A DNA stretch of 63,780 bases, the filler included, from Folioceros fuciformis (lineage: Eukaryota): NCBI GenBank assembly GCA_049999805.1. It is 17 parts of 17 records of this genome, joined end to end, with 100 filler letters (N's around TTAATTAATTAA, not from the genome) between each part and the next. Parts side by side here need not be neighbours in the genome. Positions count along the whole stretch, not along the records: positions 9,824 to 12,549 come from JBNGIO010000492.1; positions 12,650 to 14,436 come from JBNGIO010000493.1; positions 14,537 to 15,905 come from JBNGIO010000494.1; positions 16,006 to 22,366 come from JBNGIO010000495.1; positions 22,467 to 26,951 come from JBNGIO010000496.1; 12 more parts are not named here. One strand, written 5' to 3'. Both the position numbers and the translations under genes were made by a program. Shown here piece after piece: positions 11,900 through 23,360 of this stretch (position 1 is the first letter of the stretch; every line of letters starts with the position of its first letter). The notes beneath the pieces were generated by a model. It did not search any database and had not been told where the DNA came from. It saw nothing but the letters and a program-made list of their open reading frames with translations.

Positions 11900-12549
11900 T
11901 TACCTAAAATGCGTCCACTAACCGGCAATCCTGAGCACTCTGACCCCTGTCGCTTCTCGGTGATGGGCCATTGGTGGCAGGTTTCGCCAGTTTCACCTCA
12001 GGGGCACAAGAGAGAGACTGATACGGTTACACTGACGCATAATGCATTCATGCGTGTACTGAAGCGGACATTATTGGGCCAGGGGCGTTCCATTCGAAGC
12101 CTGGCCGGCGAAACTTGGGTGGCGAAAGTGGGTGGGCGAAACCGGCCTGCAGAGCCGGCCTTCGGCTCTGAGTCATGGGTACAGTAGAGAGAGAGAGTGG
12201 AGGCGCGAGCGAGCGAGGGAACGAGCCAGCCAGCCAGCCAGGCAGCGAGCCGACCTTTGTCCTGGTTTGGCGAAGAAGGCAAACCCATCCTTCCGCTGGG
12301 TTCTGTTGCCTCGATTGGTGGCGATCGAGGAGGGCCGGGCATTATCGCCTCATTGCGCTGCCTGGTGCTGCATGTCCTGCGCGCGAGCGCTGGACAGGGA
12401 GTGGAATTCTTGCTGCTGGCGGCGCCGGGAGTGGGCGGGGAGGACAGGGGCCGCGCCGAGCAGCTGCGCGCGGGGGGACGCTTGAATTGCGTGGAGGCAG
12501 CGGAGGAAGGGGGTGTGTGAGGTGGTTTTGGGTTCTGTCGGTGTGGTGG
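11900..12549 (+). promoter_or_regulatory. Probable promoter and GC-rich 5' leader of a host gene
   Basis: Sharp AT-rich to GC/CpG-rich transition; TGGGCC site-II-like cores near 11964 and 12075, TGACG near 12033, GA repeat near 12186-12197. No retroelement similarity within the window; no CDS is visible before the contig ends. Confidence 0.4.
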
Positions 12550-12649
12550 NNNNNNNNNNNNNNNNNNNNNNNNNNNNNNNNNNNNNNNNNNNNTTAATTA
12601 ATTAANNNNNNNNNNNNNNNNNNNNNNNNNNNNNNNNNNNNNNNNNNNN

Positions 12650-13988
12650 TACGTCCAGGAGGTAAGTCCACCAATTCCCATGTATTGTTCTTTATTGACT
12701 ATTATGCTCTTCATTTATACTAACCTTCCAATGATCACGACCAGGGCCATTGAGAGCTTCATTGTAAGACTGAGAATCAGGCCTCACTTCTGGGACAGAT
12801 AAGTTGGCCATATATGCTGATTTTCAAAAATCAATAGATGCATATGGTAATTCTATCCATTTTGACCGTGGCCTCTGTTCTCTAATAGGATAACGTGGAG
12901 AAGGAGGGTTAGCAGGAAAATCAGCTCCTACTGAATCTGTTGGGATTGATACAACATCCTTACCACCATCAGAACTATCAGACTGTGAGCCATCTCTAGT
13001 CATAATGTTTGAGTCAAGGCCTTCATGAGGGCCAACAGGTGGATGAGAACCAGTATCCTCATCAACCTGAACATCTGAAGCTGCCTCTTCACCATCCGAA
13101 TCAGGATACTCATCTGGTAAAGGTGGTTGAACAGCAGGCAATCTAGTACCAAATGAAGCAGATACTGAAGCATCATTAGTATAGTCAATGGTTACCTCAT
13201 TATCTGAATCATCTTGTTCAACAGAGGTAATTTCTCCCTCAAGTTCTTCATGTGAAGGATTTGATCTAGGAGAGGTAAGTTCACAAAACGTGACACTTCT
13301 TGCGAGCACTACCTTATGAGTTTGAGGATTAATCAACTTATAAGCCTTACTCTCCTAAGAAAAGATAAGGAATTGCCCTGTCATCTAACTTTTTCCTTCT
13401 TTCTGCAGGAACATATACAAAGGCAGAGGATCCAAACACTCTTAAGTGATTTATATTAGGCTTACGTCCTTAGAATACTTCATAAGGGGTCCGTCCTCGA
13501 ACAGCAGTTGTAAGTAGCCTATTCAATATATATGTTGCAGTAGTAATGGCTTCATCCTAGTACGTTTTAGATAATATTGCATAAGATAGCATACTTCTAG
13601 TCATGCCCATAAGTGTCTGGTTCTTGCGTTCAGCAACATCATTTTGTTGTTGTGTGTAGGGTAGAACCAGTTGACGAATGATGCCACACCTTTTAAACAG
13701 TACATCATATTTGTAGCCAACAAACTCACCTCCATTGTCTATTCTTAGGCATTTTACTAAGCAACCGGTTCGGCGTTAAACCATGACAATCTAGGACGAA
13801 ATTTGATCAAAAGCATCGCTTTTGTGTCGCAATGGGTAAGTCCAAGTGTATCTTGAATAATCATCAGTGATTGTTAGATAGTACTCAGCACCTCCTAATG
13901 ACTTAATTTGCAATTTTCTAGCTATGTTAGCATGTACCAACTCTAACAAGGATGTTGCCCTTGTGGCATTCTTATTCTTGAAGGGTAG
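12650..13988 (-). pseudogene. Degenerate Ty1/Copia integrase to RT start
   Basis: LLELVHA, YYLTITDDYSRYTWTYPL, DNGGEF, HLRVFGS, acidic linker, RT start NNTWELVDLPPG. Interrupted at 13989 by an LTR. Confidence 0.92.
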
Positions 13989-14436
13989 TGTGGAGTGATT
14001 TCTTGCACACCCAAGAACCACCAAGGGGCCACACTTCCCCTTATTATCATTGCAGTCTTATGATTCGCTCCCAAGGGAGTGAACTAATGTCAAGGTTACC
14101 TACATCCTTCTAATCTCACCCTATCTATCAGCATATACCAAGTGCTACAGCAATAGATCCACCCCTGCTAACCGATCAACCCAGCCACCTGCCTGGCTCC
14201 AACTGCGACAAGCCGCTTGTCCAGCCTCCAACAGGCTAACTACTGCGGCCACGATTCAGCCAGGCCACCGTCTGGCCACTATTCAGCCAGTCGGCCTGGC
14301 TGACTGGATCCAACTGCCAGCCCCTTGCCTGGCCTGCCACCCACCTCAATCCAACATGTTCGCCAGCTCGCTGCATTCCAGCCCGCCTGGTCAGCTGGTC
14401 TGGATCCTGCCGCCTGCTGGGATGCGCGGCCTGGAT
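13989..14436 (-). mobile_element. LTR terminus (reverse complement of ...CACTCCACA) running directly into the GC-rich CCAGCC low-complexity domain
   Basis: Matches the 4587 and 33256 termini; the CCAG/GGCC-rich tract from ~14170 resembles 34910-36546. Confidence 0.8.
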
Positions 14437-14536
14437 NNNNNNNNNNNNNNNNNNNNNNNNNNNNNNNNNNNNNNNNNNNNTTAATTAATTAANNNNNNNN
14501 NNNNNNNNNNNNNNNNNNNNNNNNNNNNNNNNNNNN

Positions 14537-15905
14537 TCCAGTGTGTGTACTCTTGACACTGAAGTGAAGGAGGGTGCGAGCAAGCTGGTCATCTTCCTCC
14601 CACTTAGCAAGTTCATCAGGTAAAGTTGCAGCCGGCTTGGGTGTGGGGACTGGAGGTGTGCCCACACCATAGACATGTGCCCATAACTTCCTCGATTTGA
14701 GGATCTCCTCCATGCTCTTCTTCCAAACATGATAATTACTGCCATCAAATTTGTCTTCATTTGGGATGTTGATGGTAGTGGAGATGGAAGGCTGTTGAGA
14801 TTGGGCCATGATATCTTATGCTACTGCAGTTAAACCAGGCTCCAGTCAGCCCTACAAGATAGTGGCTGAACGGCCTCTTCGCATAATTGTAAGAAAATCT
14901 TCACTGTGTGCCTCTCATATGAGGAGAACTCTTGCATAATATAATATAGGAAATATGCCGCATACTGATCAAGTAGAAATGTGGGAAACTCCACAGAATT
15001 CCTGCTGAATAGGTGGCTGAGATGAAGATGCAGCCGATGATGTGAAAAAGAAATGGAGCTAGGAATATACAAGTGGAAATTTTCCTTGCTAAAGGGCAGC
15101 AACATCTTGATTAAACAAGGCCAGACACATCAATGGTGCTGAAATCGTAGCCATCTAAAGCGGGAAACCCTTGTAAGACATTAGTGGCCATAAGCTCGCA
15201 AATAATGCTAATTCTAAGCCATACTTGTTGCCAGCGGGTTGGACTGAGGGAGCACATATAAGCTTCCTCCCTCTCTTATATCCAAGCTTGCAGTGATTGT
15301 TGTCTTGCAGCTTTGTGTGCTAGTCGTTGGCGTTTCGGGAAGCCAGGCATAGTTGCTGACCTGCTTGTGGGGCTGTTGACATTTTCCAAGAGTGGGACCC
15401 TAGAAGCATCTGTAACAACAACACAACTCGGACAGCAATGCACAGATCTCAAGAAAAGGCAGGACTGGGCATCACGACTAATAAAAGAACAATGATGCCA
15501 GTAGAGAACAAGACAAAAATGCGTACTCAAAGAACCGGGCTATTGTACGCTTTTAGAAATGCAAGCGCAAACAGCAATTAACATGATGAGTAGGTCAAGA
15601 ACAAAAAAAAAAAAAAAATCATGTAAAAATTCCTGCTCTGATACCATGACACTATCAGAGAGCACACGGGAGCGCGTAGGCGTAGAATAGAGAATACATT
15701 AGTGGAAGTTACAGTCACATGTCTTATGAACGCGACGGTTGTGGCGGTTGAGTAAACTAACCTACCGACCTGTAAACCCTAACTATCTATATATCTTTTA
15801 TATAGTCTCAACTAGGGCACCTAAGAGCATTAATTAATTTAGTTCTTATGGCTTTAGGTAGTTTATTGAGTAGTTAGTTGTTACAACCACTTAGAGGTTA
15901 GAACT
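14537..15905 (-). mobile_element. Copia 5' end: LTR part (15647-15905), PBS (15635-15646), ~825-nt leader, gag start at 14809
   Basis: GCTCTGATACCA abuts TG; gag N-terminus MAQ...EDKFDGSNYHVWKKSMEEILKSRKLW. Confidence 0.88.
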
Positions 15906-16149
15906 NNNNNNNNNNNNNNNNNNNNNNNNNNNNNNNNNNNNNNNNNNNNTTAATTAATTAANNNNNNNNNNNNNNNNNNNNNNNNNNNNNNNNNNNNNNN
16001 NNNNNATAACTAGAACTAGTCTAGTATGAACCCAACTGGGATAACTAACACCACATGAGTTTAGCTCATATAGAGCTCGATAACTCAACAAATGGCTGAT
16101 TCCATGACAAAGAATTGGTGGCAGTAGTCCGACAAGTCCAACAGCAATA

Positions 16150-17435
16150 TGCTCTGAATGACCCTGCCATGGAACCCTCAACCCCGGACATCCCTAACCC
16201 TCGGCAGGGCAGAATGGCTAAACACAAGGGAGTACCTTGAGGCTAGACAAGTCCCACAGAGCCCTGGGAGCCTTGCGAAGGTAGAGTTCCTACACAAGGT
16301 GGAGCTATATGGGTTGCACCCCAGAATCCTATATTGGTGGTGTCTAGATGGAGAAGTCCATAGGTGTCTAAAGAAGGAGGATGCTGCTAGGGTCATAGGG
16401 GCCCTACACTCAAAAGAGGCTAGGGGCAGGATTTTGTTGGCCTACATTGAACCAAGATGTCAACAAGTATATCCAATAGTGTGACATGTGCCAGCGAATA
16501 GGGAAGCCAATCGTGGCAACACGAAGGATGCTGCACTATGTACTACCCCTCACACCTTTCAAAAAATGGGGGATCAACTTTATCAGTCCCATTCGCCCTC
16601 CCACTCAACACACTCACAAGCAATACATCCTGCTAGTGATGGACTATTGCACTAAGATGGTCGAAGTCAAGGCAAACCCTAGGGACGACGCGTCTATTGT
16701 AGTAAAATTTCTTTATGAGAAGATCATTATGCGCTATGGGTGCCCGTTGGAGTTGGTGAGTGATAAAGGGACACATTTCCTAAATGAGGTAGTGGAGGTG
16801 GTCACCCTGCACTTCAACATCCGCCATCGCAAGACGACTCCCTACAATCCCAAAACCAACAGACTACTCTATAAGATCCCCGTGAAAGTCACCGTATCGC
16901 ACGTTCGGGATTGGGACACCGAATTGCACTCTACTCTCTAGGCGTATTGAATGACCGAGAAGGTAATGACTAAACGCTCTCCGTTCCATCTAACCTACAG
17001 AACCACTTCTATACTCCCCAGAGTTTGAAGTCCCCACTTATCGTATCACCAACCCTGAACGGCTCTCTCTTGAGAAGAGTCAGGAGGCTCATGTTAGCTC
17101 CTTTGTTCAACATGAAGAGCAAGGGGAAAATGCACTAGAGGAAACCTAGCAGCAACAAGAAAAATGGAAGGTCCTCCATGATCGGATGCTCCAATAGCAG
17201 GATCCGTTGAGGGAAGGGTTTAGGGTTTAGGGTCCTAATGTATGACAATCGACATATGGACTTTCCAGGGAAACTACACTTCTGGTGGATGGGGCCCTAC
17301 CGAGTAACCACAACATTTAGCAATAGGTCGGTACAACTGAAAACCTTAGCTGTGGATCGCTTGCCTACGAGGGTGAATGGGTAGAAGGTGAAGAAGTATT
17401 CCTACCCGGATGTTTGCAAAGACCCAAAACTTTGA
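16150..17435 (+). pseudogene. Ty3/Gypsy (Athila/Tat-like, non-chromovirus) integrase, degenerate
   Basis: CQRIG, PFKKWGINFISPI, YILLVMDYCTK, RYGCPLELVSDKGTHF, TTPYNPKTN; C-terminal FPGKLHFWWMGPY...RVNG*KVKKY. No chromodomain is seen before the PPT. Confidence 0.92.
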
Positions 17436-17446
17436 GAAGGGGAGAA
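17434..17446 (+). other. Polypurine tract
   Basis: GAGAAGGGGAGAA directly after the integrase end and 2 nt before TGTGAACCCCTCCAA. Confidence 0.8.
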
Positions 17447-17781
17447 TATGTGAACCCCTCCAATAATCAAAGCAACGCTTTGATGGGAGACGGAGCTTCA
17501 TTTCCCCTCGAACTTTGGTCCGAGAACAGTTTTTTTTGCTGTGATTTCTGATTTAAATAACTTTTGGCCTTTCTTGGACTTCACGGCATGCTGAGTACGG
17601 TGGTCTAAGGCGAAGTAGTTGGTGGGCAGACTGACACATCCAAGCTGGTGTCGTACTTGTTCTCATGCGTGATTGCGGGTGTAACCGACTCTGGGTGGTT
17701 GTAGCATAAGTTCTTACTTCAGGTAAGAGTGGCGCTTACACCCCACGCCTTGCCTCCTCCCCCTCCCTCCTCACTTCCTTC

Positions 17782-19710
17782 ATGACGCCATTTAGATGCT
17801 TCTTCCCCTCTCCACAGCTCAATGAGGATCACATCCACACTAGGGCATACCCCAATTTCACTCCCTAGATCACGGCGGCAGGAGATTTGATGGAATAGTG
17901 GGAGATAGGATTGTTCCAGTTCCCTTGGAACGTCCAGTCTCCTACCATGGTTCGAGAATTTGCCTGGAGCCTGTGACGCTAGGCACAAGGAAAGCGGCAG
18001 TCTTCCAAATTTAGGAGTAATCCTCTCCTCCAAACGATCTAGATGGTCCGGGAAGTATATGAGCGACTGGCCTCGAAGCGGGCAAGACTCTACCTCAACT
18101 CCCAACGGAGCAAGGCGTTGGTGAAGGAGGCTGCCAAGGCCCTACTCAAGCTTGGACCCAGTAAGAGCACTCATGGCTCGCTCATCCACGGCTTCAAGGA
18201 CTTGCGCATCAGAGGGGTGGCTTGGTTAATCGTCAATTGGCTTCTGGTCAACAAGGTAGACTAGGTCGAGGATGGAGTCCTCATGCTGCTCTATGGACTA
18301 GTATAGGGGTCCCCATTGGATTGGGGCAAGGTGGTAGCCCATCAGATTCAGTTCGATGTTAGGAGGTTGCGGTTGGAGAAACCCCCACCTTTGGGTTGAC
18401 TCCTTTCTTGTTACATATATGGGGGCACCATAAAGTCCTGACGGACTTGGAGATGCGTCTTGCTCCCCTCCCCCCGACTACAACTTTGGTTTGAGCACTT
18501 AAGAAGAAACTCTTGGCGCATGTGACCCAACCAATCGCTTTGGCCTCGACCCCTATCCCACTACCCATCTCAAACATTATCGATGACAAGGGTGCCATCT
18601 CAGACAACATCAATTACATTGGGGTTTAGGTTTTAGGGTTTAGACCGGGGGTGTTGTTGCCGATGGCTTAAGTCTCGGTGCTCATTTCAACTAACAGTCC
18701 TCCTCCGACCAAGAAACCAAAGACACGTTGGGTTTGAGAGAATGAGAAGCCGACCTTTAAATGATAGAACACTCAGGTACCGGCATAGGTAGGAAAACAG
18801 GTACCCCTTTGGAGCGCTCCCCACCAACTAGTCTAGAGCCCAAAGACCTATGGGTACCTGGACCTCAAGTGGCCGCAAGTTCCAGGGAGGAGGCAGACCA
18901 CATGGAGCTAGTCCGACTCATAGCTAAATTGGACTACAATGAGAGGCACAGAATTGAACCTTTTGGAGTAAAGCGGCCCTCGTCTCCTCGGAGACAAAAG
19001 AAGGAAAGAGGCCCCTGGTCTCTTAGCCCACCTCTAGCAAGCACTATACTCTACCACCACCTGCTCCAAGGCTGAGCAAAGAAAAGTCAGCCAAGAGGAG
19101 AGGCCTTCCCTGCTCCATTGTCCAGGGAGACCTCATTGAAGGAGGTATCACTAACCCAGAGGCCATGAGGAGGGCCATCTAGACCTCCTTTCAAAAGGCG
19201 AAACTATCGCCCAACTATAGGTTAACTTCGGAACCACCTCAGAAGGAGAGGCAAGCAGCCCAAGAGATTGTGGCTTCGGACGCCAAAGGCTTGGCCTAGT
19301 CCTTCACACATGTTGCTACTCGGGAAGGGGAAAACATCACTCTTCGAAGGCAAATGACAAAATTGGCAGCTCAATTAACTGCCATTAAGGACAGGGTCGC
19401 CTGGATGACCTCAAAGCTCCGTGAGGAGGCTATGGGAGGAGCGGAATGGAGCATAAAGGAGCTGTCAAACCTCAACACCCGGAGCATGGAGCAAATGGAA
19501 GGCCTATCTGGGCAGCTTAAGGCGGTGCAATTCGAGCGGGACTAATTGCGGGAGACTTAGAGGATTGCTATGGAGGCTGCACATGCCGAAGAACGTATGG
19601 TTTGGTTTAAGCGAGAGGCAGATCACATGAGAGCTCCAAACAACACACCATCGACCAAGATCGCTACTATGGAGTCCACATGATGAAGAGAACCCCTGGA
19701 AAATGGTAGT
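17782..19710 (+). pseudogene. ORF-X: Gypsy accessory protein (ATHILA/Transposase_32-like N-terminal domain + low-complexity linker + coiled coil), divergent copy
   Basis: Read through stops: YPNF...AGDLM...PWNVQSPTMVREFA...MVREVYE...LDWGKVV...LTPFLLHIW. Colinear with the 56607 copy (WPNM...AGGLV...RWNHAAPQLVRECA...DWGKIL...ISPFLIHIY). Coiled-coil-like segment at 19354-19545. Confidence 0.7.
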
Positions 19711-19899
19711 GTTTGTTTTTTTTTTTTGGGTTTTTTTTTTGAATTTCGTAGGGAAATGATTAGGAGATTAGACTAGAGTAGAGATTAGATTAGTGGTTAG
19801 TGAATAGGGTCCAAGTAGGAAGTGTGGTAGGTAAGTCTAGGTTCCTCTGGTTAGGGTGTTTAATGTGTGTGTGGAACCCTAGATCTGTGAGTAGGAGGA

Positions 19900-22366
19900 G
19901 AGTGGGTTCCATGGAGCGGGCAGGCAGTACATGAGGATGGCTAGCCGGAACACGATGGAATGAGAAGTAGCAGGCAAGTCCGGGCACTTTGAGTTGACTC
20001 GGGCATGTCGGCTGGCCAGATCGGGGCTAGTAGGAGGGCATCTAGGCCCCTGGCAAGCGTTAGTTAGGACGGGAGGCTGCCTGGTCAGCAGGCTCCAGGA
20101 GGCTTGGCAAGATCTGGCAGGTGGCTGGGCTAGGCAGTTGGCAGCGGCTGTTGAGGGGTAGGTCGCCTGGCAGGTGGTCCAATCAGGTACTAGCCGGATC
20201 GCCAGACAACCCAGCCTGGCCAGCATCAGGAGCAAGGCGGCTGGGGAAGCCGGGTAGTGATTGGCTGCTGGAAGACGGGACTGGATCCGAGGGCTAGCAG
20301 GCGGGATGGTAGCACAGGCAAGCCAGGGGCAGCGCCGAATCCTAGTGGGCTGAGGCTGGCCGACCTTGGAGCCAACCAGCCAGGAAGGTTGGCGACTCGG
20401 CACCCAAGCAAGTTGGCGAGCTGGCCGGATTCGAACCGGTAGTGCAGGCAACCCAAGGGCGACACTGGATGCGTCACCAGGCAGGCCTCAAGCTTATCCT
20501 AGCCAGGCTGGCTACGGCTGGTCGAGGCTAGTTTGCAGGCGGTTGAGCAGGAGGCGGCCAGGCAAATAGCCCAAGGGCTGGTAGGGATCGTGGAAGCGGA
20601 TCTTGCCAGTGGCCGGGAAGGCAGGTGGCCCGTCGGGGTGGCAGACCGCACAGGCGGCCTGGCTTGTCGGTGGGCAGGTTTGTTGCAGGAGGAGGAAAGA
20701 TGGGCTGGCAGATCCAGCCGGCCAGGAGGCGAGATCGACAGAGAGGCCTAGGTGGATCAGTGGGGCGGCCTAGCGATGGATCCAAACTGGTAGACTAGGT
20801 AGGCGGATTCGGCCGGGCAGCCAGGCAGCCGCCTGGCAGAGGGGAGTGTAGGCGATCTGGGGGGTGGTCGGGCCAACAGCGGCCTAGCTGCTAGGGCTGG
20901 CCGAGGTGGATCTAGGTCGACTAGCTGGGCCCTGGCCAGTTGGCAGACTAGGCTGCTCGGATCCAGGCGGGCGGGTAGATCAGGCTGCGTGAGCCGGGGT
21001 GGATCTAAGCGAGTCCGACCCAATTGCAGGCAGCCTGCAGGCAGGCGCTTGGCCGGATGGCCAGGCAGCCAGGCTGCCACCTAATGGCTAGCGGCTGGGG
21101 GGAATTGGCCTGGCAGGGGCTAGCCAGCAGAGGCCGGCTGCTAAGTAGCAACCAGGCGACCCAGCAGCCGGCGGGCTGGCCGGGCAGAGGCAGGTGGCTT
21201 GGCTGGGTAACCTGGCTGGTCTAGGCTGGGTCCTGGCTAGTCGGTGGGCTGGCTGCAGAAGCAGACCAGCAAGGTGCAGGCAAGCAGCCGCTGCAAGCGG
21301 CAGCCCCGACCAACGAGTGAATCCAGCGGGTAGCCAAGCCGAGCAGGCTGGCTGCCGGGTTGGATCTGGAGGCTAGAGGTTGGGTAGCGGCCTCTGGCTA
21401 GTCGGCCAAGTTGTAGGCAAGGAAAGCGGGCTGGATCGCAGACAGGGGCAGGGCGCTCCGGCGGGTTGTGGTAGTGCCAAAGCCATGCAGCCAAGCGGCT
21501 GGCAAGTTGGCATCCAGGCGGGAGGGTGCCGGATCAGATTGGTAGCGATAGTGGGCCTAGCTGGCTAGCCGATCTTGTAGTAGGTAGGCCAGCTGGCTTG
21601 GGGGTGGATCTGTGCCAGGCTGGGGCCTGGAGGAGGGCCGGGCCTGTAGCGGCCCGTCTACGGAGAGCAGGGGTTGCAGAGGAGCGCTTGCAGGGGCTGG
21701 GCCAGCAGCACGGACACTTGGCTACGGGCAGGCAGCCTCGCCTGGCTGTAGGCAGGCAACCCGGCAGCAGGTGCGTGGGTGACCTAGCAGGCACGACGTC
21801 CGGATCCAGGCAGCCATGGCTGGTTGACCAGGACCGTGAGGGGGCTAGCTAGGGGCTGCAGCAATCGGCCTTGCGGGCGGGCTGCCTAGCCAGATACAGG
21901 AGAGCAGGCAGGCGCCCCAGCGGCGCGGACAGCCTGCGGCCGGATTCAGGCAGATATTGGCTGAATCGCTAGACAGCCCAGCCCGGCCAGCAGCAGGAGT
22001 GGGCCGGCCTAGCTGCAGCTAGAGTGGCCAGGCTAGACAGCCTGAGGCGGTGCTAGATCGAAGCCAGACGGGCCTTGGGCTGATCCAGGCTGTGCTGGCC
22101 AGCAAGAGAGGCTCAGGCCGGCGGCAGGTTGGCAAGGAGGCTGGCTGTCGGGGCGGCTAGTTGTCGGGGTGGCTGGCTGCAGCTACTGGGGAGCTACTAG
22201 CTTGTGGCGGGCTGCTGAAGGGCCTAGCCGGCAGGTTGGATCCAGTAGGCCGACTGGCTAGGTGGATTCCGGGAGGCGACGTGGCTGACTGGTGGACGGG
22301 TTGATGCGAATCCGGGCAACGGCCTGACCAGATCTCAGGCAGGCGGCCGGGCTGGTCGGATGGTAG
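19900..22366 (+). repeat. GC-rich low-complexity domain (GGCTGG/GCCAG/GGATC/CTAG motifs) of the Gypsy family
   Basis: Blocks are homologous, inverted, to 35650-35900, 44680-44780 and 45050-45350. Confidence 0.8.
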
Positions 22367-22466
22367 NNNNNNNNNNNNNNNNNNNNNNNNNNNNNNNNNN
22401 NNNNNNNNNNTTAATTAATTAANNNNNNNNNNNNNNNNNNNNNNNNNNNNNNNNNNNNNNNNNNNN

Positions 22467-23360
22467 GAGAATGGGAGGGGGGGGAGAAAGAAATTGGCCA
22501 GCAGCATGCTGATGCACCGCTGCGGCGGCTGGAGGATTGCTGCTCCACGGCAGCGAGGAGCGGAGCAGGAGGATAGGAGGGGAAGGGGGAGCTGGACAGC
22601 GGGAGCAAGGCAGGAAGACAGATCAACGAGCTGGAATCTGGAGCAGCGGGTATGATCCTACAGCCATCCTAGCGGCGCGGGGCTGAGGATGGGTTGGAGC
22701 TGGAAACCAGGGATGGTGAGCAGGGTTGCGGCTCCTAATCGTCCTGTAGTGGCCTTCACTCCCAACACTCGGGAATCCCTCCCCTACCTGCAAAGAGTGT
22801 GGGTCCAAAGAGGAAGCAAGACCTAGAGATGGAGGGGGAAGGGAAGAAGAGGAATCGGGTCAAGAGGAGAATGGAGGAAGAAGGAAGAAAGGGAGGGAGG
22901 AAGAGAGAAAGGGAGAAAGGGATAGGAGCGGCCGCAGCCCTTGCCCTAGCTAGGGCACGGCCTCCACAGCGGTTTAGGCTAGCCAGACATATGACCCTGA
23001 TCCCTAAATTCTCGTTTCTATGTTCAAACTATTATTTTATTATTTAGGGTTTAGGGTTTAATATTGTCTTTAATTAATAATAAACCAATCACCAAACCTA
23101 GATTCAAACTTTCCTGACCTTATGGTCCTGTACCAGACCTAAACTTTCCTAGGTCTGGGACCAAACCTATACCCACTCTAATAACCAAACCCAACTATTT
23201 CGTGGTCAATTAATCTAATTAGTGCAAAGAAAAATAGGAAAAATGACCAGAAAATAAAGGAACATTAGGGAAAATAAGTAGAAAAAGAAAACCAAACCAT
23301 ACCACTATCAAACCTTTTTCAACCAAAACAAACCACTACCCCAAACTTTGGAGGTTCACA
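22467..23360 (-). mobile_element. Gypsy LTR-B 5' part
   Basis: Inverted homolog of 26111-26951, ending GGAGGTTCACA at 23360. Confidence 0.88.

Larger units (their letters stand above)
17449..22366 (+). mobile_element. Putative very long 3' LTR of the Gypsy element (end not reached in this contig)
   Basis: Starts TGTGAACCCCTCCAA, similar to the six free LTR-B termini TGTGAACCTCCAA, right after the PPT; contains ORF-X and the GC-rich domain. Confidence 0.55.

Noticed and set aside
19879-21852. Numerous Pro/Ala/Arg/Gly-rich ORFs in the GC-rich domains (also 34935-36532 and 42887-45682)
   Set aside because: They overlap in all frames on both strands, as expected from stop-poor GC-rich DNA, and no single frame is conserved between homologous blocks.
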